Origin: Eledone cirrhosa
Lineage: Eukaryota
Length of the DNA stretch: 64,000 bases
Direction: 5' to 3'
NCBI GenBank assembly: GCA_964016885.1
Contig: OZ024743.1
Location: 67,766,001-67,830,000 of the forward strand
The notes under the pieces were generated by a model that did not search any database, was not told where the DNA came from, and saw nothing but the letters and a program-made list of their open reading frames with translations. Of this stretch, positions 54,812 through 64,000 are shown in pieces. The number at the start of each line of letters is the position of its first letter. Position 1 is the stretch's first letter. Position numbers and translations under genes: made by a program.

Positions 54812-56867
54812 ACTTTTTCCTGGATGTCGGAAAGATGCGACATGTGAGTAATAACGCGTTTTGAACTTGTCTTGTGTCATACCCACATATCGTTCGCTGG
54901 TGGCTGGTTGGTTGTTGCTGTTGGTTGTCACTTTAGACGCATATACAATGGCGTTGGTGTTGCATTTACCTTGTAATGGGCATTCACTTTTGACTCTACA
55001 GGAGCAATTTTGATGTTTTCTGGGTGTTTTTGACAGTGCTGATGTTTGTGATTTAGTCGGCCTATTGCTCCTACACACACTTAAAGAGAAATTCCCTAAC
55101 CATAATTTTGGGTTTTACCACGACGATGGTCTAATACTTTGCCATAACACCATAGGCCATAACTTAGATAGATTAAGGACAGACTTAATAAAAACCTTCG
55201 CTAGTTTTAATTTTAAAATTACTATTGACACTAACCTTTCCAATGGTAATTTTCTAGATATAAACCTAGATCTACCAACTGGTTCTTAGAAACCGTACCA
55301 TAAAGCTAATGAAAATTTAAAATATATAAATAAAGGCTCTTGCCATCCTCCTATAGTTTTTAAAAACCTTATCCCTAATATTAGACGTAGGATCTCCACC
55401 CTCTCTACCTCAGAAGCTATTTTCAATAAGGTATCCCCCTACTATAATAAAATAATAAACCCCTTCAAAATAGCGGATTTCGCGAACCGATTAAGTACAT
55501 ACCCAACAATACTAACTCCTTTAAACATAATAATAGGTAAAGAAAAATAATCTGGTTCACCCCCCCCCCTCTACTCTTTAGCAGTTAAAACTATAGTAGG
55601 CAAAACATTCCTAGAGCTCTTAGATAGACATTTCCCTAGAACACATAGATACTATAAGATCTTCAATAGAAACTGTGTCAAAATTAACTACTCCTGCGGC
55701 CCCCCTATTAAATCTTATATCATCAATAAGAAAACACCCAGAGAACATCAAAAGTGCTCCTGTTGAGTCAAAAGCGAATGCCCATTACAAGGTAAATGCA
55801 GCACCAAAGCCATTGTATATGCGGCTAAAGTGACAACCATCAGCAACAACCTACCAGCCACCAGCGAATGATATGTGGGTATGACACAAGTCAAATTCAA
55901 AACGCGTTATTACTCACATGTCGCAACTTTCCGACATCCAGAAAAAAGATTTACAACAGCTCTGGCTAGCAGAATATGGGATTTGAAAGACCAACGTTTC
56001 CAATATAAATTAGATTGGTCAATTTTGCACCAATCTAAAGAATATGCAAGAGGAACAAGAAGATGCACACTCGACGTAAATGAAAAATATTGAATATTAC
56101 AGAACCTTAAATCACCAAAACCTGCCTAAACGCAAAAACAGAAATTTTCACCAGTTGCCCACACATGAAATCACACTTGCTTTCCAGCTCATATAAACTT
56201 AACTCACGTTCAGATACTTATCCTCCATAAACTCTTGTTCTTCACTTTCCTTAAATTACGCTCTTTACAGACTTCTTTTTCTGATTTACTTTCATTTTTA
56301 ACTTTATTATTAATTTTATTTTTATTTTTTCTTCACATCCACCAGTGAACCCTCACGCCCCCTACTTTTGGATTCACCTACCTAATATCTTCACATTCCA
56401 CATTTTACTTCCCCATTTTCTTTCACTACCTGATATCACTGTGTCACTTGCGTTTTCCACTTCAGTTATATTCTGTTGTTTCGCAGCCGAAACTCATTTA
56501 TTCATACGGCTGTTTTATAATTTGTATCTATGCGTGTGAGTGGGCATATGTGTGTATAAGTTCTGTATATGTATACGAACGCCTCCGTATGTGTGCGTGC
56601 GTACGTATATATATGTGTGTGTGTATGTGTGTTTTTATATCTATGTTTTTTACATACTTATTTATACGTGTGTTGGGGGGGGGGGGGTGAATGTATGTGT
56701 ATATGTATGTATATATATATATGTATATGTATGTATGGGTTTGTATGTATATATACATATATATATATAGTCGCGTACGTATGTGTGATTAGATATACAT
56801 GTGGCGATATATATACGTGCCTCGTGAGTATGTATGTACGCATGCATGCGCTTTTGTCTGTACGCAT

Positions 56868-56917
<50 letters not shown>

Positions 56918-57574
56918 ACGTGCGTACCTATGTTTTTTTTCTTTTTTCTAGTGTTAATTGATAACCCCTCTCACTTACTTTCTCTTTGATTTAAAAACAC
57001 TTTGTTCATTCTCATATATTGTTTCATTTTCATACATATATCGAGAATGACACTTCTTTTTACTGTTACACTCCCTTCCCTCTTTATCTTCCGCATACAA
57101 GTGATCGCGCGTGTGTGTGTGTTTATACGCGTGCTTTCATATTCGTATGTGTATATATTTAATACCTGTATCTGGATGTATTTTAACTATATTGTCTTAC
57201 AATTTCTTTTTCACCTCATATTATATACGTATTTGTCGTCACACATACACAAATATACTTGCCCTCATATATGTACATACGCACACATTTTCACCATACA
57301 TATGCATTTGTACATACACACGTATGTACATTTGTATGTATACATACATATACACAGACCCTAACTATATTTCCTTATTTTTTATATATCTCTTGCATTA
57401 CTTTTATTTATATATTTTTTTGCCCGGTAAACTCTTGCCTTTCTTGAGGAGATTTTTCAAATATTTCACTATGTTTTAAATTGTCTGATGAACGAATGAG
57501 GACGTTTTTCGTATTCGTCTTATTCCGGAAACCTCTGGTAATGAGGTAATTATATTGTATTGTTTATTATACAT

Positions 57575-57580
<6 letters not shown>
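54812..57580 (+). mobile_element. 5'-truncated Penelope-like element with upstream inverted partial copy
   Basis: RT DSADVCDLVG..FYHDDGL..NFLDINLDL..HPP..IIWFTPP; GIY-YIG CSC..CPLQGKC..IVY..YVGMT..FKTRYYSH; 54813-55030 is an inverted copy of 55731-55949; HHR-like motif before the terminal (TA)n. Confidence 0.9.
57481..57545 (+). ncRNA. hammerhead-like motif at the PLE 3' end
   Basis: CTGATGA-..GAATGAGGACG/CGTCTTATTC..-GAAACC-TCT-GGTA; stem I weak. Confidence 0.5.
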
Positions 57581-57639
<59 letters not shown>

Positions 57640-57642
<3 letters not shown>

Positions 57643-58046
57643 ATACATTAACGGAGCCATAGACTCTCGCCGTTCCCTGTAACTAATGTGCTCAAAGGAG
57701 ACGAAATCCTGGGCACTTTAGAATACAATATGTTGAAAAATGTAACACACTAGAGAGAGATACAGTGCGCCATCAATAAAACCGGGAAAAAACACCAGTG
57801 TATGGAATCTATAAACTATGAAAGGCAGAATAAAGACACGATAATTAAAAATATAAATTAAAGCGTAAATAAATACATCTATAACTATATTTACGCTTTA
57901 TTTATTTACGCTTTAATTTATAATTTTAATTAACGTGTCTATATTCTGCCTTTCGTAGGTTATAGATTCCATAGACTGGTGGTTTTTTTTCCCTGTTTTA
58001 TTGATGGCGCACTGTATCTCTCTCTAGTGTGTTACCTTTTCAACAT

Positions 58047-58053
<7 letters not shown>
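57640..58053. mobile_element. fold-back insertion
   Basis: Arms 57723-57875 / 57899-58053, tail 57640-57722, TA flanks. Confidence 0.85.
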
Positions 58054-58117
<64 letters not shown>

Positions 58118-58474
58118 TAGCTATACGTAAAACCTTTACTGTAATTCTTCATACAATGAAGAATAATTTTTATAAATGTTAATGCCTGATCATGAAATCT
58201 ATGAGGATAATACAAATTCTATTAATCTTACTATTATTATATTAATTAATTATCTAATTAAATTCATTTAAAAGTTTTCCGTATGAAAGCGAATAATTCT
58301 TTTTGTCCTCATTGTTCAAATAGTATGGAAAAAGTTATGATGACGTAAATTCTTAATTATACTTTAATAGAGATTCAGGCGATTTTATATTGGTCTTTGC
58401 ATACACACAGACACTCACAAAACGTACATACACAAACAGGCTGGCACGCCTTCACTGATACACATGCATATACA

Positions 58475-58518
<44 letters not shown>

Positions 58519-58615
58519 CTTTATTTCGGATGTATATGATTCTGTAGGGCGAGAATTATTTCATTCGTTTGAAATATTTAGGCGCGTCAGAAAATATTGT
58601 TATATATATATGTGT

Positions 58616-58666
<51 letters not shown>

Positions 58667-58815
58667 TGTGTGTGTGTGTGTGTATGTGTGTGTGTGTGTG
58701 TGTGCCTGTGTCTGTGTGAGTTTCTGTGTAACTATATATATATACACTGGTGCGAACACACTATCTTTAGGATAGTACGTTATTCATTGATATAATTTTA
58801 TTATATGTTGCCTTA

Positions 58816-58870
<55 letters not shown>

Positions 58871-58878
58871 AATATATA

Positions 58879-58911
<33 letters not shown>

Positions 58912-58916
<5 letters not shown>

Positions 58917-59075
58917 AACAAGTAAGACCCCGACGGCTTGAGCTCAGCCGACGTTTCGACGGCTTGAGCTCAGCCGTCGGGGTCTTACTTGTTCTTATTA
59001 CACACTCTACTACCCTAAGTATTGAGTACTTTCGTGCGTTATGGTCCACTTGGTTCCTTACCACATTTTCTTCGG
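58912..59075. mobile_element. family H fold-back
   Basis: Hairpin 58912-58998 with duplicated CGACGGCTTGAGCTCAGCCG; tail to 59075; TA flanks. Confidence 0.8.
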
Positions 59076-59081
59076 TATATA

Positions 59082-59117
<36 letters not shown>

Positions 59118-59123
59118 AATATA

Positions 59124-59167
<44 letters not shown>

Positions 59168-59499
59168 TATATATATATGTATATATATATGTTAATAACT
59201 ACAGAATCTGCAGTTTTTCATAGTAGCAGATTTCTGATTGTGAAGACAGACACTATATTTTTTCTGCATACAGTCTTTTAATGATTGTTTTTTTTTTTTG
59301 TACCAATTATAACTTGTGAAATTAAAAGTGAAATCTGGATATTTAAGATGAGAATGTATCTGCCCCTCCTCCAACATTCTTAGACACAGAACTCCTGCTG
59401 TACTAACAAGTCTCTTTTAAAATGTGTGTTAGATTTAAAACCATATGTATTAATGAGGTGTGGTAAATAGACATATACATATACACCAGTTACAAACTC

Positions 59500-60050
59500 C
59501 TCGGACGCCATGCTTTCTAGCATAGTTACATCCCTTTTCAATCTGGGTTCAAATCCCGCCGAGGTTAAATTTGCCTTTCATCCTTACGGGGTCGATAAAA
59601 TAAAGTACCAGTAATGTACTGGGTATTTGCTGGCTTGTGCCCAAGTAGAAACAATTATTATAAGGTTGGAATTATCGGTAGAGGGTCGGGCACAATGCTT
59701 TGCCGCAAAGAGTTACAGCCATTTATGGTCTGAGTTCAAATCCCGCCGAGGTTAACTTTGCTTTTCATCCTTACAGGGTCGATAAAATAAAGTACCAGTA
59801 ATACACTGGTATAATTGCTGGCCTTGTGCCAAAAGTAGAAACAATTATTATGTGCGTGCGGGATTGGCAGTATCGGTAGAGGCTCGGACACCATGTTTTT
59901 CAGCATAGTGTTACGGCTCTTTACGGTCTGAGTTCAAATACCGCCGATGTTAATTTTGCCTTTCATCCTTACGGGGGTCGATAAAATAAAGTACCAGTAA
60001 TGCACTGGGATAATCCTGGACTCGTGCCAAAAGCAGAAACAATTATTATA
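59500..60050 (+). mobile_element. three tandem head-to-tail SINE family 1 copies
   Basis: About 59500-59661, 59663-59851 and 59860-60050, each ending AGAAACAATTATTAT. Confidence 0.9.
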
Positions 60051-61015
60051 AGCAAATCTGGAAGCACGCACTGTCCACATCGCGGCCCTGCCGGACAGAT
60101 CAGGAAAGGCGTTTCTGCGGATCACACTCGCGGGTAGCCAACTTTGTGTGGATGTTCTGTAGGGAGGTGATATTAGGATCAAATATACCAGGAAACTCCA
60201 CTGCTATATATGTATGTGTGCATACTTACATTTATGTACTAGTCGTGCTAGGGAGAGAAATAAAATTCTAATTTTATTTTTTTTATAAAGTCGTTTTAGC
60301 CAGTTTTTGATTTTACAGAACACAGAAAAAATTGATACTATTTGGTGTCATCTCTCAATTCGGTGAAGTTGTTCTACAAGGATTGACACTGATCTCCGAG
60401 CTACGCACTCAATAGAGGTGTGTTAGCTTCTCAAACAGCAGACTGGAATAATTTTATGCGGGAAAATAGTGTCCATCATATAGCGAATAGCTCACCCTGT
60501 AGGACACCGAATACCTAAGCGGAGAACATGTTTCTATGTCACAAACTATTCATATAAATAGAGTCAGAATCAAAACAGGAAAACAACATTGCTCTTTCAA
60601 TTGTTGTACTGTAGAATATACATACAATATGTTTCCTCCCACACAAATACGGATATTGAATTAATGTATGTATGGGAGTATACATGTATCTCTCCCTCTC
60701 CCACTCTCTCTCTCCCTCTCGCTCTCGCTTTCTTTCTGTATGTATGTAATTATACACGCACACATACATGCATCCATCAACACACACACATACACACACA
60801 TAGAAAGATACATATATACATAAACAACAACCCAATCTAGCAACATTGTCATCAATGTTCTAACTGTTTCACCGATATCTGATGAGGACTGCTACAGATA
60901 CCTGGGGATAGATGAGAACATATCCTATAACGGTATCTGTAATAAAGAACGCGTAACCAGGGAATAGTACACCCATTAAGAAAGATCTGGTCAACTCTCT
61001 GCGCAAAACAAAACA

Positions 61016-62482
61016 GTGGCTCACAATGTGGTTGATGTGCCTGTCCTAACACCAACGTTTGGAATACTCAATTGGACGATAGACGAAATCCGAGCAGTTG
61101 ATGTTGGAACTCGAAAAATACTGAACAACACCGGACACTTCCATATCCACAGTGACATAGACCGCCTTTACTTGACACGTAACCAGGGAGGCAGAGGCCT
61201 AACATCCGTCCAGACAACATTTGAATGTCGCATCATATCTCTCCGACAACATCTACGAACCTCGAAGCGTAGGAGCCCACTTCTCGAGCAGGTCTATCTG
61301 CATGAAACAGATAAGATCATGAGAGTTGGGAAGGAACTCCTTGAGAGATATTCCCTGTGTGATAATCGAAAACTCACACCTAGGGAAGTCGCTCAGCAGT
61401 ATCTCAGTGAATCCATGGATGAAAAACTGCATGCCTATTAGCAAAAAATCATGCATGGATATGTTGCCAGGAAGCTCCAGAGTGAGAGTAATATAGATAA
61501 GAAAAGTAGTCTATCTTGGACCAACAACCACTATATTGACTCCCACTTGGAAGGATACGTTTTTGCAATCAAAGAACAGGGGATTAGCACGAAATACCTG
61601 ATTCACAAAAGAGATAGGGATGAAGGCAAAACACCTAGATGTGATAACAAGTGCAGACTCTGCAGAACTACCATCGAGGATATCACCCATGTCATCAGCA
61701 GCTGTCCAAAGATGTCATCGCGGTACTATCTACCTATGAGGCATGATATAGTGGCCAAAACACTGTACAATGCAGTTCGTAAAAAAGATAGCCCCGATAA
61801 TAAACACATTAAAAGCTACAACAATGTGTAAGACAACCATGTACATAATATGAAAGAGTACTGGTGGAATGTTCCAGGAAAAACCCCAATAAAATGCAGG
61901 CACAACAGACCAGATATTATGATATGGGACAGGGAGAAGAAAACATGCACAGTAGTGGAAATTAGCTGCCAAGCAGACGCCAATATAATATCAAGGATTA
62001 GTGAAAAGGAGAATATTTATGCAGAACTGATGAGAAATCTGCAGATACTCCACCCTGATTACACCTTCAGATTTATGCCTGTGATTATTGGGGCACTGGG
62101 ATATGTTAGTAACTGCCTCAATACAAATTTTGAGAAGCTAGGCTTCACAGGAACAGAAAGAACACAACTAGCTAGGAAACTACAAGTACAATCCATTAAT
62201 GGAACAGTAAAAATATGTAAAACATTCCAAAAATGTTGCATCTAATAACTGCATATACACATGTACAGATACAAAGCATATGCACATGCACACATACAAC
62301 TCAAAACATCCACATCCACACATACAATAACATCCATATCTACACATGCATGCGTGCAGACATACATACATATCTACCTAGTTGATGTTGTGTAAATTCC
62401 AATGTGAGAGTCTTGTATCTATGTTAGAAACCGACTCTCTCTCTATTGGTAAAACTTTGTGAAATTATAAAACCAGAAGAAC
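61016..62482 (+). mobile_element. 5'-truncated R4/Dong-type RLE LINE, disrupted
   Basis: SDIDRLYL.R.QGGRGL, MHG, CRLC..IEDITHVISSC, RHD, HNRPDIMIWD..VEISC..PVIIGALG; in-frame stops; 3' UTR to the TA tract. Confidence 0.85.
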
Positions 62483-62601
62483 ATACATATATATATATAT
62501 ATATGTTTGTTTGTTAAATATGTTTGGAGAGAGTGAGAGTGTGTAGGCTAAAGGGTGAGAAATGAGAGAGAAAGTGAGAGAGGGAGAGAGAGAGAGAGAG
62601 G

Positions 62602-62661
<60 letters not shown>

Positions 62662-63250
62662 AAGAAAGAGTACGAGATAAAGAAGGCAAGGAGAGGAAAA
62701 CGAACTGTTTGACATTGACAGTTCTGACACTAATTCACGTTTACATTTTTTTTGATTTTTAGACTTTAGGTTAAATACAGACAAGAGAATTTTAAAGTGG
62801 AAGTACTTAGATCTAGTAATACCAAACTTTAAATAATAAGAATAAAAAAATGTTAACATGAAGGTGAAAAAAGAGCACCAAAACAATCGCGGTATCACAG
62901 GGAAAAAGAAAAGGAAAAGAAATGTAGATCAAAAGCTGCTGCGAAGACATGATATATTTTACATTTGATATTTCCCCTACTCAACACAATATGCCAAAAT
63001 AACATTTATAGGGGCTTTTATTTTGAAGTAACTTCTTTTTACATTACTGAAGAATTATAGGTACGTTAAAATCACGTTTTGTCGTTTCACGAAGTTTCAT
63101 AGATTCATACGTTAAACTATTGAATAACATTCTCGAACATGACGGATGCCATTTCTTCATTATTCGATGATTATATACGTATATATAAATATATTTATAC
63201 ACACACAGACACACACACGCACACACACATACACACTATCAATCTCACAT

Positions 63251-63281
<31 letters not shown>

Positions 63282-63291
63282 AATATATATA

Positions 63292-63549
63292 TAGTAATAA
63301 TAATAAATTTGAAGACTAAAATCCAAAGAGGGCTCGATATAGTAGTAATAATAAATACGAAGACTAAAAACCAAAGAAGGCTCGATAAGGATAAATATAT
63401 ATCAAATATATAAAGAGCCTCGAGCAAATATTTATTAAAATGACAGATTAAAGTTTAAGCAAAGAATCGCTGCTTTCACACTTAACGAGTTTCAGAAGAT
63501 CCCGTTAAGGGTGAAATCAGCGGTCCTTTGCTTAAACTTTAATCTGTTA

Positions 63550-63557
<8 letters not shown>
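63292..63557. mobile_element. family D fold-back
   Basis: Hairpin 63433-63557 with loop TTTCAGAAGA; tail 63292-63432; TA flanks. Confidence 0.85.
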
Positions 63558-63615
<58 letters not shown>

Positions 63616-64000
63616 GGAGGTGAGTTTTATTGTAGTACAATAAAGCAATGCAGATATCGGACAAGAAGCACTCTACAGTTTGTAGGACTGGAGTATACAT
63701 AATATATAAGAACAAAAGATGGTTAAAAGAGTTCCATGTATTTTATTATGCGCATTTCAAAAACAAATATCATCATGCAATAATATTTGTGTTTTCATCA
63801 GATAAAACAGGAAGATATGATATGAAGGTTAAAAAACACTTGTGGATAGTTCAGTTTTAAATCAACATATGAGAAGTAGTTTTAGATTGATGTGTGATAT
63901 TGGGAAAAATATTTTATTTATTTGTCTTGATAAAAACTTAATTTACGAATGTAAAGTTATAACTGACTTCACCTATTTTGGCTCCACTTCCACCTCTTTT

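Noticed and set aside
55764-56093. Selenocysteine recoding of in-frame TGA codons in the PLE (known in Naiad PLEs)
   Set aside because: TGA at 55764 and 55869 correspond to Arg codons in the inverted copy, 56091 is not at an obviously conserved Cys, and other stops and frameshifts are present.
59500-60050. CRISPR-like array
   Set aside because: Units are diverged SINEs of about 190 bp in eukaryotic DNA, with no repeat-spacer structure or cas genes.

Overview
AT-rich, microsatellite-saturated eukaryotic DNA; the repeat content suggests an octopus/cephalopod genome (inference). I could not support any host protein-coding exon, tRNA or rRNA gene, and nearly all listed ORFs are translations of simple repeats. 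The real coding content is retrotransposon-derived: a full-length degenerate L1/Tx1-type LINE (6649-11784, -), a near-intact R4/Dong-type RLE LINE (23338-26731, one +1 frameshift) plus a truncated relative, two RTE fragments, two Penelope-like elements (PLEs) with GIY-YIG endonuclease (one also retaining RT), and about 15 copies of a tRNA-derived SINE. The most striking pattern is about 17 head-to-head fold-back (inverted-repeat) insertions from many unrelated sequence families, mostly embedded in (TA)n. Most share an asymmetric layout (short arm / loop / long arm plus 3' tail), and many carry minimal type I hammerhead ribozyme (HHR) motifs with palindromic or near-palindromic stem III. They look like a dense population of tiny non-autonomous PLE-type ribozyme retroelements; one SINE head appears to have gone through the same process. 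The Tx1-type LINE and the main SINE appear to share a 3' tail and to stack in each other's (ATT)n tails.
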